From NCBI RefSeq assembly GCF_018350175.1, contig NC_058368.1:222148001-222212000 (forward strand): a DNA stretch of 64,000 bases. The letters run 5' to 3'. Below are positions 11,059 to 25,684 of this stretch, piece by piece (the first letter of the stretch is position 1; the number at the start of each line of letters is the position of its first letter). The DNA comes from Felis catus. Taxonomy: Eukaryota. The notes under the pieces are model-generated. The model was not told the DNA's origin. It worked only from the letters and a program-made list of their open reading frames with translations, and searched no databases. The position numbers and the translations under genes were made by a program.

Positions 11059-11459
11059 AGCTGAAAATTCAAATTCATTATAGCATGTTTTCAACAGACA
11101 TTGTGAATTTTGGACAACGGTTATTTCGAATTTGTTACAGGAAAAATCCAGAGGGTCAGAGTTCAGAGCGCCAGAGGTAGCAATATATCTATATCTGGAT
11201 ATCTATGTATTTTTCATTTCCTTCCATGTCCATCGCTCATTGGGACTTACAAGACAGCCTCCAGACTTGTCTCTTCAATATTTACACTTATCAGTGCCTT
11301 ATCATTTAACTTATAAAGATACTGTGACATTCTTCACAAGTAATAACCTCAACATGATCTAGCTACTAACCTGCTCGTTCTTGAGGTCCCACTTTCTGCT
11401 GGCCCAAGTGGCCCTCTTACTTGAGGTATTCACTCAGTCACAAAGTGATTCTGTAAGCT

Positions 11460-11790
11460 TGCCTTTCCCTCTTCGTTTCCCTTTACTGCAAGGACTATTT
11501 TCTTTACTCTACATGGTTGATTCCCCCTCTGCATTCAGTTTTCAGAGTGCCCATTCCAGAAGCACATATCAGGATTGCCACCCTCCGTGCCCCCATTCCC
11601 CCAGCATAATATGCTCCACTCTTGACCTGCTTTTTTCTGTGTTTGCAATTTTATGCCATCATTTTTCTCCCATATTTAAGTGAGTATAACTACCACTTCT
11701 GTTTTACTAACTGCTTTAATACCAGTGCTTATCACAGAAAGGTTGGTACATAATACATAGTCAATAAATATTTGATAAATAAATTTAAGA
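11460..11790 (+). mobile_element. L2 3' end fragment
   Basis: Ends CCAGTGCTTATCACAG...ATAGTCAATAAATATTTGATAAATAAAT, typical of an L2a terminus. Confidence 0.6.
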
Positions 11791-11946
11791 AGGCACGGAC
11801 TGATTACATATTGAGCAGGTGGGTTTCTAAGGCATTTGGTTGTTAATAGATGTAGTGGGAAAAAAGCAACTTTAAAAACAAAAACGAAAACAAAAAACAC
11901 TAAAGAGATTAAGATCCAAATGAATATGTCCATTGGTAGGGCTAAT

Positions 11947-12229
11947 TGTGAAATTTAATGGGCTAAAACTTAAGATTCCTGTTGGAAATGTTTAGCAGAT
12001 GGGTTTAGATAAGGTAGTGTAAGTTCTGATGGTGTTTCTTCTTTTTTTTTTTCTTTTTTGTAATGCAAATGATGACTTAAGTTTTCAAAGATGGCTATCT
12101 GAATAAACACATGGCCCACCACTGCCTAGATAAAAGGTCAGGCCACCTCTGTCCACTGAGGTTCCTTTGTTTTAGAGATTCTGGTTAATTTTGATAACTG
12201 ACCCTTTGGGCCATTTGTGTTTTTGTTGC

Positions 12230-12264
<35 letters not shown>

Positions 12265-12492
12265 TACCTCCCATGCTTTAAATCCCTGCCAAGAAACCTG
12301 GCAATAAAATCCTCAAACCCCATAAAGTCAGAATTCCAAGTCTTTACTCCTTTTTCTCTTTCTGTTTACCTGTGACATCCTGTATGACCCCAGGTATAAA
12401 TTCCAGGATTTGTAAGTAATAAGCCTTTTTTTTTCTTTCAGTTTCCTGATGGTTATTGCTGAGGGTATCTTGCAATCATAATAAGAACCACA
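11947..12492 (+). mobile_element. Probable ERV solo LTR
   Basis: TG...CA-bounded segment of about 550 bp with TATA-like and AATAAA signals; family not identified. Confidence 0.4.
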
Positions 12493-12496
12493 AGGA

Positions 12497-12610
12497 GGGC
12501 AGGTGCCTGGCTGACTGAGTTGGTAGAGCATGTGACTCTTGATCTGGGATAGTGAGTTTAAGCTCTATGTTGGGTGTTGAGATTACTTAAAAATAAATAA
12601 ATAATAAAAG
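12497..12610 (+). mobile_element. Short Can-SINE (tRNA-like part only)
   Basis: GGTGCCTGGCTGACTGAGTTGGTAGAGCATGTGACTCTTGATCT followed by A tail. Confidence 0.8.
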
Positions 12611-12704
12611 AACAGCTGATTCTCAATACCTTACAGTTATGTTTTAAAGACAAAGCCACAAGGACGGTTCTCGCTATAAAAATGATTATCAATAGGCTGA
12701 GAAT

Positions 12705-12912
12705 GGGGTGCCTGGGTGGTTCAGTGGGTTGAACAAGCGACTTGATTTTGGCTCAGGTCATCCTCTGGTTGTGGAACTGAGCCCCGTGTGGGGCTCTGTG
12801 TTGAGAGTGGAGCCTGCTGAACATTTTCTCCCTCTCTCTGTCTTTCTCTTTCTCTCTCCCTCTCCCTATGCCCCTCTTCTCTGCTTGCGAGCTCTCTCTC
12901 TTAAAACAAAAT
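12705..12912 (+). mobile_element. Can-SINE
   Basis: GGGGTGCCTGGGTGGTTCAG head and CT-rich region. Confidence 0.88.
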
Positions 12913-15900
12913 TGAGAACAGCACAAAAGAGGAAGATAAAGTGGATTTGAGGATTTTCAAACATGATTTATCAACAATATCAGCTTTAAAGAATATTATC
13001 TACTAATTACAAGCATTCATTGCCTATCAGGCAAATAGCCAAATAGTTTAAACATATGATGCCATCTCATAATGATAGCCTTGTGATTGGTTTCATAGTT
13101 CTTCTGTGGACAAGACAGTTGAAAGTCACTGAGATAAAATTTCTTTCTTAGGTCCTAGATCTGGAAACAGTAAAGGTTCCTGAGTGTTGGGTCCTTCTGA
13201 CAACAACTGTGTTAGCATTTAGCTCTATGCTATCATTGCTGGGGGTAAGGGATTAAATAACGAAATACCCTAACGCTGGAAGCATTACTTTGAAATATTA
13301 AAAAAAAAAAACAAAAAACTAGCAATAAAAGTTCAGAATTTTAAAAGTACTGTCAAGTTATCTTAGGTGATCCTCATAGCAATTCTGTTGGATATATGGG
13401 GATCATGACAATGAAAAAGCCTTAATTGGGATTCTGACTTTTTGATTCCAATTCTCCCACCTACCACCACTGACAGTTTTAAAAGATGATATATTTTTAA
13501 TGAAATTGGATTTGGAGCACTGTCATTTCCTATTTACCTGAAATGTACCAATATAAAAATGTGAGTATTCATTTGATGGGAAGAGTGGTGCCAGAACATT
13601 CCTGCACATCAGAATCACCATGGGAACATAAAAAAATATTGATATCCATGATCCCTACCCTAAGCAATTCTATAAGAAATTTTGAAATATGGCACAACTC
13701 AGAATACAAAAATAAATGCAAACCTTCAGCTTCACCCAATATTTAAGAACTAATGACAAATTTGTGAAAAACTTATTTGAAGTACTCTGTCAAATACTTG
13801 CCATTTGGCAATCTACTTAAGAATAATGACCAATAAAGGACTTATTTCTGTGTACGTTTATATATATATATAATCTCTTTCTTTCTCATATTGGATATGA
13901 TTCCCCTTATGTTGAGGCCAAATTTTGTCTTTATTGTCTATTTTACCATTGAGTTATATCATTGGAAATGTAGTGATAACAGGATATAGAATAGATATTT
14001 ATATTCCTTTTAATTAAAGATATAGGAGATTCATAAAGATTCAAATTGTATGTACCAGTGTAGGAACTAATTGTTGAACACATTACAGGTTAAACACTCC
14101 AACAGATGCTAGAAATACAAAGTCAAATAATATGTGATCCACATCCTTAAGAGTCTTAAATATAATGAGAACAAAATTCCATTTAATTGTAGAGGGTAAT
14201 ATTAAAGAAGTCTACACAGGGTACTCTTGGAGCAAAATATAAGCTAGGGTTAGGAAAGGAGGCTGGTATCTGAGTCAGAAGAAATCATGGGCTTAAACAT
14301 GAAAGTCATACAACTAGCTATTGGTAAATAAAGATTAGTAGTCACTCCTTAGGAATTTACTTCCAAGATTTCTTATTTATTTGAATGGATACAGGAGTGG
14401 GCTGTGGTAGCCTACATGATAAAACTAGAAAACAGCACTTGAGGTGAAAAAGGAGAAGGAAATCCTCAATGAACATTTTAAGATAAAAGAGACAGGTTTT
14501 GTGATATATAAGAGGATGACAATGAGGGAAAAGAAAAAAAATGAATCTGAAAAACTAAGCCAGATAAGTGAGAAAAATCTGTGTTCTCATAGAACTTGGG
14601 TGGAGTATTGGATATTGGGGAGAAACTGTTTCTTCAATGTCATCACTTAAGAAATCCATATGTATATTCCAAGTAGATTGCAAAAATTACACCGAAGGCG
14701 TCTTATTTTATTTTTAATCGCTGACCTCACCTATTGTTGCTACTGACAAAGCACCAATAAAAACACCCTGGTTCCCTACCCAGGTTCTAAACTAATTGAC
14801 AGATAAAAAAAGGAAGGGTAGATGAGGTCAAAATATCCAACAATAAATAAAGCAGTATGTCATTGGAGTATGAGAGCATAAAAGCACTTCCGGAATCTGG
14901 ACCTCAGGACAAGACAGCTTCACCTACCCAATGGCAGGATGAACAGGCAAATTCCCCTTATGTGCTACCTTCTTCCCAATAGGAAAAATGTGGAAATGAA
15001 TTGGTCATTTATAGGTCCCCCCCCCAACGGAGTATATGAATTAGATAAATCACTACCTGCTTTGAGATGCAGAGAGAGGCTAGGGGCAGAATCAGCGAAA
15101 ATTCTCTCTAATCCAGAGACTATGTCCTACATTTCCATGATATCCCTGACTTTTTGCTTATTACTTTTGTCTACAAAGAATAACATACTCACCTAAAATA
15201 TGATCATCATTAAAGATGCTGATTTTCCCATTGCATACAAGTTATGGTGGAAGGTAGTTTCAGTGTATTCACTTCAATTGCTCAATAATGAAGGAGTTTA
15301 AATTCTTGCAGTTTTCTTGGGTTAACTCTCCGGAGTTAACATTGTTCCAACAAAGCTGCTTCTGCTCCTGTCTTCATAAGACAGCATCCCCTGTCCCAAA
15401 GCGGTCTTGTATTTATGTTTATCTATGTTTGTTTTAATTAAGTTATTATAATCTTTCCCAGAAGCCCCATATAAGGTATCTTTTGATGTCTCCGTGGCTA
15501 GAATTTGGCCATGTTATCAACCCTAAACTAGTAACAGATAAAGGCGAGTGGAATTAAACTCTGAAAGCCATCAGAATTTATTCCCTGGAGCTGCTGGAGA
15601 AAATCATCATTCCTGAACTCATTGTTGCTCTCTGCATATGTGAAAAGAGGAAAGAAAATCACAGATACTTGGCAGGAAGTTAAGAGTTTGAATAGTGTTT
15701 ATCAAATCACCCTTTGCTTCTCCCCCCTCCCCATTTATTTGCCTTCTTAAAATGCAGATTTAGGTTTTTGGAATAAATGCAATATTATTAATGTATGAAT
15801 AGAGCGAAATGCTGAAGTCTGCAAATATCATTTCATGCAAATGCAAAGCATTCATATAATTCAACTTTAGGTTATGTTACATTATTCTAACATAAATGAA

Positions 15901-17494
15901 AACTGAAACAGTATCAAAATCAATTTAACCAACTAATCAAATAGAATCTCTTAGAAAAGTAGTGTTGCCTACACAATTGAATTCTTTAATCATTTTATCC
16001 TTTATGAACATCCTTTATCCTTTTCTTTTTCTTCAGGCAGTCTTGTAAAACAATCATCTAATATAAAGTGTAATCTTCTTTGTACTGTATCAAAATGAAG
16101 ATCGATATCTGGAATTCTGTATTTTCTACATAAGCAACTAGAGGAAGTTTCCACATACATTATGGTAAAATGTGGCACAACTCAATATTAATTAACATGG
16201 CACCACATTATGACTGATTAAAATATTTGATCAAGGAACAATATAGTAGCTGCCTTCATCCTTCAAGCGTAAATATAAAAAAAGAAATTACCTTTTGATT
16301 TAAAAAAAAAAAGAAAAAGGCTTTGCAGAACGTATTTAATTGGTGTGCTTTAAACAGGATGTTGCAAATGTTCAGCATACCATGCGGTTAGGTGATTACC
16401 ACAGTTCTGTGATTCTTAATTACCCATATGAAGGCCAAATGAATCAGTAGTCAAATGGGGGCAATTATCGCATTTACAGAAGAACATGACTCTCTGGTTG
16501 GAGTTTTCTGCAAGCCTCATTTGCTATTACAAAGTCAGTAGTAGATCATTTCAATACAAATGAGAATTGGATGATGCCATAGAAACTAAATGTCATCGGT
16601 TTGGGGGATGGAGACAATATGGTAGAGAGTCACAATTTCCCCCCAAGTTTATTTTGGCAAATTTCTGGGTACAGAAAATGTGGAACTTGAAATTAAGATA
16701 AAAACAATTTCCTTCCAAAAGGCTTAGTTATGGGAACTGAAACTCCTGGTGCTTATAGAGTATACTAAGATCTATCATTTCATTAAGGCACAAGGAAAGA
16801 AGGAAAGTTCAGGAGGGCTGCCAGCGGTAAATCGTCATCTTTGTTGCCTGGCTACGTATGTTGAAAATACAGACATTGAGATTTTTCAGTCTGGAACAGC
16901 TGTAAAATGCAACTCACATGTCCCAAATGTCCAGCTGAATAAACTCTCTCCAGCAATTGGCATATGTGCATGCAGTTAAAAATCAAAGAGAAATATAGGC
17001 ATTTTCTTCTAATAATTATGCTTTGCTATTAATCAAAAGTAATGACGTTCAGCAGCACTGCTTTAGTAGAGTTATAAAGATTAGAAATATAATTGACTCA
17101 CTGATGCCTTGAATGTCCAAAAACTTCTCATGAGTCAGTATATTAAATGTGTAATTATAGGCAGCGATGATTCTTTTTCTGAGACGTGTCCCGGCAGTGG
17201 TTTGGATGGCAGAAGCACATAAAAGGACTAGGAATAGCTACATGACTCATGTTTTCAAATGAATGCCTCTTTTCCTATGCAGCAGATGAACTTTCCCAAA
17301 TAGCCACTAGGACCAGATGCTGTTCGGTTAAACTTACGCTATGAGAAGACCCCACATAATTTGTATGTCAGTAACTCTCAAGGGGATGGATACTTCCTTT
17401 CATAATAACCCCCCCAAAAAAGTCCAAACTCAGCTCAAACACGAATACACACACAATGCCACTACCACCAACACCCTGACTTCCACCAAGAACA

Positions 17495-17549
17495 CACATA
17501 CATACACACATACATACACACATGTGTATTTATTGTCTCTCTCTCTCTA

Positions 17550-17581
<32 letters not shown>

Positions 17582-17625
17582 ACACACTCACACACACACA
17601 CACACACACATACACATACACACAC
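17495..17625. repeat. (CA)n compound microsatellite
   Basis: Directly visible. Confidence 0.9.
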
Positions 17626-19189
17626 CGTCAATGAACACACAATTCTTTGAGAAAGCTGGCGACCAGAAAACAAGATTGAAAGGGCATTGAGGCTCTAAGA
17701 ACAGTAAAGCCATTTGTAGTTTATGTTATCTAGGATCTGAATTTTGGTCAAACCACCCATGTTTATATTAACTTCCTCCTCTCCCCATCTTTATATCTCT
17801 GTCTCCTTTTCTTTTTAATTAAACCAAAATAGGATTCTCAAATAAACATTTCAGTGTAATGACCACCTTCTTGTTGTAGATCTAGCCATTTCAGGATTGA
17901 TGGACTCTATCTTCGTTGCCGTATGATTTATGATTCCAACCGCTGCATAACTAATCCAACCTTAGTAAGATTTCTACAAGAAAAGTAAAATGGAAACATA
18001 GTGAGACATTTAGAATTAAGCATATTTATTGATTTAAATATTCTCTCTATAGGAGTAGAACTCAAAAGCAGCATCTATTGTTTTGTACATCTCTTATAAT
18101 ACCTAGGATGTATTGCTGACACAAATAATGGGTTCATTGAATGACATGGATGCAATAGTGTGTGAATTTAGTAACCAATTTTATTATTTCTGCTTTGACA
18201 ATTTGTTCTTTTTACACTTCTGCATGACATAAAAAAATGGGCTCCTGAGCTTTGTCAGTTATTTACAATGATTACATAAATATTCTATTTGTTTGGGTTT
18301 TAAATAAGTCAATACTAGTCTGAAATAAGTCCAGTTTAGTCCAGGGTAAATACTGAATATTTTAAACTCTCATCCAATTTAGCCCTGACTCAATTTTTTA
18401 AGCTTGGTGGAAGAGCAGGAACATAAAAAAAGCTACAATTTAATGTGACTGGTTTTCTTATCATCCGAGCTGCCAGTGTTGGCACTTAAACAAACTCCTT
18501 GGACAATACATGCAAGGACATCATTTGTTGCAGTTATTTTGGTTCTAGCATTGCTTCAGGCTAGTGCCTTGTCATGGTTCTTGTAGTCCCCTCTGACAGT
18601 TGGGGTCTCATCCTGTCTTCAGGCTGTCTTCTGGGACACAGTCCTTTCTCTCCCTCTTTATTAACCTTTCTCTCCATATATGCTGGTTTCCAAAGGAACA
18701 GACATTTGTTTCTCCATCAGTGGCAGCACCGCCGACTCCTAGGGAAACCTACGCTTTACTTGCCCCAGGGAAGAAGGAATTCTATCCTTAGATTTACTGG
18801 ATGAGAAGTCAGGTATGGCTTTCCCACATCCATCAATCTCTAGGACACCCATGTCGGCTTCTCCAAATACTTTCTTTGAGTGCTTCTCCACTGAGTTAAA
18901 GTGCAATCTTGGGATCCGTTCTTGTCTTTCTCGCCTCCAAAACCTGGAGAGAATTGCAAATACACTGAAAATCTCTGCAATAAATTCCTCTGCTCCTCAT
19001 TATCTTCAACCAGAACTCTTGTATAGAGTTGAAAGATGGACGAATGCTAGCCATGGCAACTTTACAAAGCCCACTGATCACTGGTTCACCACTACAGTTT
19101 CTACTTAATTGCTCTCTTTAGGGCCACAGCCCAACTAGATTTTGTTAACATCTTTTTATATTAAACTGGTTAAAGTTTCTTGACCATTA

Positions 19190-19580
19190 TATATTATAGG
19201 AATTCTGCTAAGCACTTTACATATGCTATTTAATTTAATACTCATAGCATCCATATGCTGACATTATGATTCTTTTGTAGATGACAAAAACTAAGGATCA
19301 GAAATATTATAAATCATTCAAGATCAACCATTTGCAAATGGCGAAGCCAAGATTAGGCCCTTTGTTTCTAAGCCTTAGAAAAAAAAGTTGAAAAGATCTG
19401 ACATCTTTTGAATACTTCCTGTGAACCAGGCATTGTTCAGTCTTTTGCATTTGGTTACCTCACTTACTCTCCCAACAACTAGGTGGAAAATATATTATTC
19501 TCCTTTACAGGGAAAACAGAGAGTGATTATATTCACTTTCCAAGGTCATAAAGTAAATAAGCATGCAACCAAAGTGATAT
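19190..19580 (-). mobile_element. Two adjacent MIR fragments
   Basis: TGCTAAGCACTTTACATATG...TAGATGACAAAAACTAAGG and CCAGGCATTGTT...CCTTTACAGGGAAAACAGAG...CCAAGGTCA. Confidence 0.55.
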
Positions 19581-20444
19581 TTTAAAAAATATATAAAACC
19601 TGTGCACAATTACATGATCTTGCCTTTTGACAATTATATCTTGTTTACTTCACTGCAAAGTCTGCCTATTGCCTTAAGCTTTTTCGCAATTGACTACTTT
19701 TATTAAAGTGGGTAAGCAGAGATTTTCTACGATATGATTCATGCAAAAGCAGCAACATTCATCAGTTTATTCACAGTACCAAGAATTAATTTAAAACTCA
19801 ATCAGACACTATGAAAACATGTAAACCATCATAAATAAGATTTTGTATACGTCTTGATCAGCTCACAATTCCATAGGAGACAGAGACAATAACATAATTA
19901 CATTACCCTGCTGAAAGGATGTATTAGAACTTGGAACAATTATGACTATGGGAGCACTGGAACAGGGAACAAGTGGCAATGTGGCTATTTGAGGTGAGCT
20001 GAGAACGTATACAGCCTAGACAACAGGACTGAGGTGGGAACGTCAGAAAAGTAATAAGGATGAGAATAGGAAATGGTAAGTAATTTAGTATGACTGTGGC
20101 ATTGAAACAAGATTATGGTGGCCACAAAGGAAAGAAAAAGTAAATTCCCTCAATATTTGATTTTTTTCATTCATTTAACTGGTCATCTATTCTTTCAGTC
20201 ATCTCTTTGGCTTATATGTCTGGAGTTCTTGCCAGCTACGAGGGACAAAATGGAACCGTAATGTCTTTGCTACTACTCTCTTGGAAGTGTCATGAATGCT
20301 ATGAGGACTTAGGAGGCAGAGTCAGAGGGAGATTTTCTACATGTATTGGACTTCACAGAACTGCTTCTTTCAAAGTCTTGGGAGAGGCCCTAGGAATGTG
20401 TTCACATGGACAGTTGATTCTAATTAAAAAAAAAATGAACACAC

Positions 20445-22860
20445 TATTTTTTAGAGCAGGTTTACAGAAAACTTCAACAGATAGTACAGAGAGGTCCCAT
20501 GTATGCCATCTGCAACTTCCACCTAAATACAGTTAACCTATTTTTAATATTTTGCATTAGTGTGGTATATTTGTTATAACTGATAAACCAATACTGATGC
20601 ATTATAATTACCTGAAACCCATAGTTTACATTAGGGTTTACTCTTTTTGTTGTATAGCTCTATGGGTTTTCACAAATGCGTACCATGTATCCACATGCAG
20701 GAACTGTGCAGAGTAGTTTCACAGCATTAAAGATCCTCTGAGCTTCGCATATTCATCCTTCTCTACCTGTCTTCCGAATACTTAGCAACCGATGCTCTTT
20801 TTGTCTCTATACTTTTGCCTTTTCAAGAACATGATATGGTTGGAATCATACTGTATATAACATTTAGACTAGTTTCTTTGCACTATGTCTTCAATATCCG
20901 CTCACATCTTTTTGTGGCTTGATAGCTCATTTAATTTTATCACTGAATAATATTTCATTATCTGAATGTGCCACAGGTTAACCATTGACTTATTAAAAGA
21001 CATCTTGACTGCTTCCAGTAGATGCCCCACAGCTTCACCAGCATTGATATTATTAGTTTTATATATTTTAGTCATTCTGTTTCATGCACAGTGGTAGCTC
21101 ATTGTTGTTTCAACTTGTAATTCCTTAATGACATAGAATGTTGATTCTATTTTTGATTATTTTTATCATCTGTATATCTTTTTTGGTGTGATATCTATTT
21201 ATAACATTTGTCCATTTTTAGTTGTTTTTTTTTGTTTTCTCGTTATTGGATTATAAATATTCTTTATATATTTTGGATACCAATCCTTTACCAGATACAT
21301 ATTTTACAAATATTTTCTCTCAGTATGTGACTTCTCTTTTAATTTCATTAGCAGTATCTTTTTGCAGAGTAGACAAGTTTAATTTTAATTAGTCCTAAGT
21401 TATGTTTTTTTTCTTTCATAGATTGTGCTTTTGATGTTATACCTAAAAACTTATCATCAAACCCCAAATCCCTTAGATTTTCTCCTATGCTAGATTCCAG
21501 AAGGTTTACAGATTTGCATTTTACATTTAGGCTTATGATCCAATTTGAATAATTTATTTTTTTTTTATTTTTTTCAACGTTTTTTATTTATTTTTGGGAC
21601 AGAGAGAGACAGAGCATGAACGGGGGAGGGGCAGAGAGAGAGGGAGACACAGAAGCGGAAACAGGCTCCAAGCCATCAGCCCAGAGCCTGACGCGGGGCT
21701 CGAACTCACGGACCACGAGACCGTGACCTGGCTGATCGGATGCTTAACCGACTGCACCACCCAGGCGCCCCAATAATTTATTTTTTTTAAACAGGGTAAG
21801 GTTGGCATCCGGTAGTTCCAGCTTGACACTTGAAAATACTATCTTTATCCATTGAATTGACTTTGCTTCTTTGTAAAAAAAATCACCAGACCATGTTTGT
21901 GTGGGTCTATTTTGGGGTTTTATGTCCAGTTCCATTGATTTATTTGGCTATTATCTTGCCAGTATAGAACTGTCTTGATTAAACAAAATCTTGAAATCAG
22001 GTGATGACAGTCCTCCAACTTTGTTTTTCGGTATCATACTGGCTATTTTGAGTCTTTTGCTATTTCACATAAACTTTAGTATCAGTTATCTATATCCATA
22101 AAATAACTTCCTGAGACTTAGTTCAGGATTGCACAAAATCTATAAAATAAAAAGAAAGAAGTGACATTCAAATTAACTGCTCCTATCCATAAACATGGAA
22201 TTTAAAAAAAAATGTATTTAGATTTTATCTAATTTCTTCCATCAGTTTTGTAGATTTTGACATGTAGATTTTGTACATAATTTGTTAGCCATAAATGTAA
22301 GTATTTGATTTTGATTTTGTCTTTGTTGTTAATGTAAATGGTGCTCTTTTTATAATTGAAAATTCCAATTATTGATTGTTGGCACATAAGAAATCAATTG
22401 ACTTGTACACTAAATTTGGATCCTGCAAACTTTCTGTAATAATTTATTTGTTCCATAAGGTTTTATTGATTTTTTGAATTTTCTACATGAACAATTACAG
22501 CATCTGTGAACAAAAACAACTTTAATTCTTCTTCCCCAATCTATGTACTTTTTAATTGTTTTGTTTTTCATGCTGCATTTGCTAGGTGTTTTAGTATAAT
22601 GTTCAATAGGAGTAGTAAGAGGGAAAATTTAACATTGTTCCTAGTATTAGAAGAAAAGCATCTAGTTTCTCATGATTAAAGATGATGTTAGCTGAAAATT
22701 TTCTGATGATGTTTTTTAATCAAATTGACGAAATTCTTCTCCACTTGTAGGTTGCCGAGAGTTTTTATCCTGAATAGTTTGGTTTTTATCAAATGCTTCT
22801 TCTGTATTTATTGTTGTGATCATATATATCTTTTCTTCTTTATACTGTTGATTGTATAAA
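20445..22860 (-). mobile_element. Old L1 (L1MC-like) 3' UTR and ORF2 end, split by a SINE
   Basis: TTTTTAGAGCAGGTTTACAGAAAA...ATTAGTGTGGTATATTTGTTA...CCATAGTTTACATTAGGGTT 3' end, followed by decayed antisense ORF2 sequence. Confidence 0.8.
21561..21771 (-). mobile_element. Young-type SINEC_Fc
   Basis: TTTTTGGGACAGAGAGAGACAGAGCATGAACGG body; TSD AATAATTTATTTT. Confidence 0.95.
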
Positions 22861-23131
22861 CTAGTTTTTGCATTTTAATCTGCCTTATATACACTTATTT
22901 GTGAGTTAAATCTTTTTTCACTGAGATTTTCTTACCTATAATAATACTTTCTGTCTTTGAGATTCCTTTGACCAATAGTAGCTATAATTTTCACAGCTTT
23001 ATTTTATTTTTTGTTGTATGCTCTAATTATTTCTATATTTTTTACATTTTAAATCTTTCTGTATAGGTATATTTAGATGTCTGTCTTATAAACTACATAT
23101 TCTTGGTCTTGATTTTCCTTTTTCATTTTCC

Positions 23132-23202
23132 TTTTTTTAATGTTTATTTAATTGAGAGAGAAAGTATGCATGTGCACGGGTGGGGGAGGGGTAGAAAGAG
23201 AA

Positions 23203-23245
<43 letters not shown>

Positions 23246-23374
23246 CCCAAGTAGGCTCCACGCTGTCAGCACAGAGCCCCACTTGGGGCTTGAGATCATC
23301 ACAAACCATGAGATCATGATGTGAGCTGAAACCAAGAGTCAGATGCTCAACCTACTGAGCCACCCAGGTACCCC
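23132..23374 (-). mobile_element. Can-SINE with long (GA)n
   Basis: Reverse-complemented body ending CCAGGTACCCC. Confidence 0.9.
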
Positions 23375-23599
23375 TTCTTCTGCATTTTCAAATTCCATTT
23401 ACACTAGGTCCCTTAGTCCATTTGATTTACTATTTATGATTTATATGCTGTCTTTTATTATAACCTGTTCTCATTGCCTCCCACCCTCATTCTTTTACTT
23501 TCCTGCCTTCTTTTGGATTGCTTAAATCTTACTTTTCTTGGTGTCATTAACTTGTATTAATTTGGTTTATAAAATCCTTCTCTTTCAGTAATTAGTTAT

Positions 23600-23940
23600 A
23601 TGGTGGCTTTCAAAGTCGACAAATTATTTGATAATCCTGTCTTCAAGAAATTTGGTCTGTGGGTACTGGCATTAGTAACTTGCTTACAATCAATAGAATG
23701 CAGCCCACATGACATTGTGTGACTTTTGAGGCTAGAGTGACAGGCCATGCAGCTTCCTCCTGATTATTTTGGGATGTTTGCAATTAGGGGAGTCAGCCAC
23801 AGTCACCCTAAGGTCACCATGCTGGAGAAGCAACTGGCCAATAGCGCCATCTAGGCTCCTGTCCGATAGGCAGCGAACATCAACTGCCAGTCCAGTGAAA
23901 CCATCAGATGATGGCAGCTTCAGCCAACATATAACTACCT
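23600..23940 (+). mobile_element. MLT1 (H/G-like) LTR fragment
   Basis: TAACTTGCTTACAATCAATAGAATGCAG...TGTGTGACTTTTGAGGCTAG...CAGCTTC. Confidence 0.6.
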
Positions 23941-24881
23941 GATATCGTTTCCCTCTTCTGAAAGATCCTTTCTATGGTTGCATCTGGTAGACTTCCTCTG
24001 TCTGAAGAATCTCGTTTTAAGGACATTTGGTGAAGTCAAATCTTACATTCGTGTGTGTGACTCATCTGTTAGGAAGCCTGACATAAAATATTTCAACTTC
24101 ACATAAGAGTCTGAAGAATAAATGAAATGAATGACATAAAAAAATAATGACGTAAAAAGAATAAATGGCGTAAAATGATTTTGGAAGATAAAAAAGACTA
24201 AATATAAGTGCTTGTGGTCATATGAGCATAGCCTACCATTTTCTTTCTACTAATGAAGTTATTCAAAGGAACTGATACTCAGTTGAAGATATAAAGAAAG
24301 AAAAGCATGTCTCCAGATTCAGCTAAAATCTGTTTCCAGATTTAAAGTACCTAATGCCATAACATTGTTGCTTCTAAGTTGGTATATTATAAAAAAGGTG
24401 TCAAAGAAATAGTTCCCTTTTAACTCCCATATCACAAAACACAAAGATATTGATGATTTTATTTTTGAATCTTCCTTTCTTATGAAATATATAATGCAGT
24501 GTAATGTAGTAAAGATGTGGATTCCAGAGTTAGCTAAATCTGCAGAGAAGTCTTGTTTGTACAATTTCTAGTCCTGTGACATTGAGGGAAATGTCATAGA
24601 CTTCCTGTGCTTTTTTTTTTCTTATCAATAAAATGGCATAATATTTCCTATTCCCTGTATATTTTTAAATATTTAAGACTGGGGTGTTTGAGAAAAATCA
24701 GTGAAGTAATATAAGTACAGAGTACCTAGTACACTGTATTAGTATATTCTATCTATATTGCTGTTTTTATAAAAATAAGATTTCATTGTGATTTCAAAAA
24801 ATAAAATATATTTCCATTGTATAAATGTAATTATTGTATGCATTATAGAGTAATATTTGTGTTAAATTTTCTTTTACATTA

Positions 24882-25097
24882 GGGGCGCCTGGGTGGCTCA
24901 GTTGGTTGAGTGACCAACTTCGGTTCAGGTCATGATCTGATGGTTTGTGAGTTCGACCCCCGCGTCGGGCTCTGTGCTGACAGCTCAGAGCCTGGAGCCT
25001 GCTTCTGATTCTGTGTCTGCCTCTCTCTCTGTCCCTCCCCTGCTCATGTTCTGTCTCTGTCTCAGAAATAAATAAACATCAAAAAAATTAAAAAAAA
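24882..25097 (+). mobile_element. Can-SINE (SINEC_Fc type)
   Basis: GGGGCGCCTGGGTGGCTCAG head; TTACATTA on both flanks. Confidence 0.93.
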
Positions 25098-25684
25098 TTG
25101 TTACATTAAACCAAATTCAGTGTGTGTTGTATTAAAGGATAAAAAAGAGATTTATCAAAAAATACTCCTCATATACATAGACAAAAAGCTATGTAACAAA
25201 ATATGAACAATGAATATTGAAACTTAGAATGTCGCTTATATTAAAATAAAAATTTAGGCCCATACTGAAGAAACTATCTGTAAGATATGTGTATTAGGTA
25301 TACATTCCTGTAGGACAAAACCCTTCAAAACTTAGTAACTATCAAGTGCAGTGATGATTTGTTTATTCCTAAGTTGCATGATTGACTAATTGGTATAAGG
25401 TGTTAGGAAGAAGCGTTAGGTCCTCCACTCATGAGCTTCTCTATTATTGCCATGGCAGGGTAGCCTCTAGAATGAGTGATCCAAGAGATTGAGAAGCACA
25501 CAAAATTATTATTTTTTTTTCTGACCTCAACTCAGAAGGCATGTAACATCCATTTAGCCACATTCTTTTCATTTACACAAGTCTCAAAGTCCAGCACAAT
25601 TCATAAAGAGGAAATTCCGATTTCATCTTTTGAAGGGAAGCATATTATATCATTTGTGGGCATATGTTAAAACCACCACAACCT

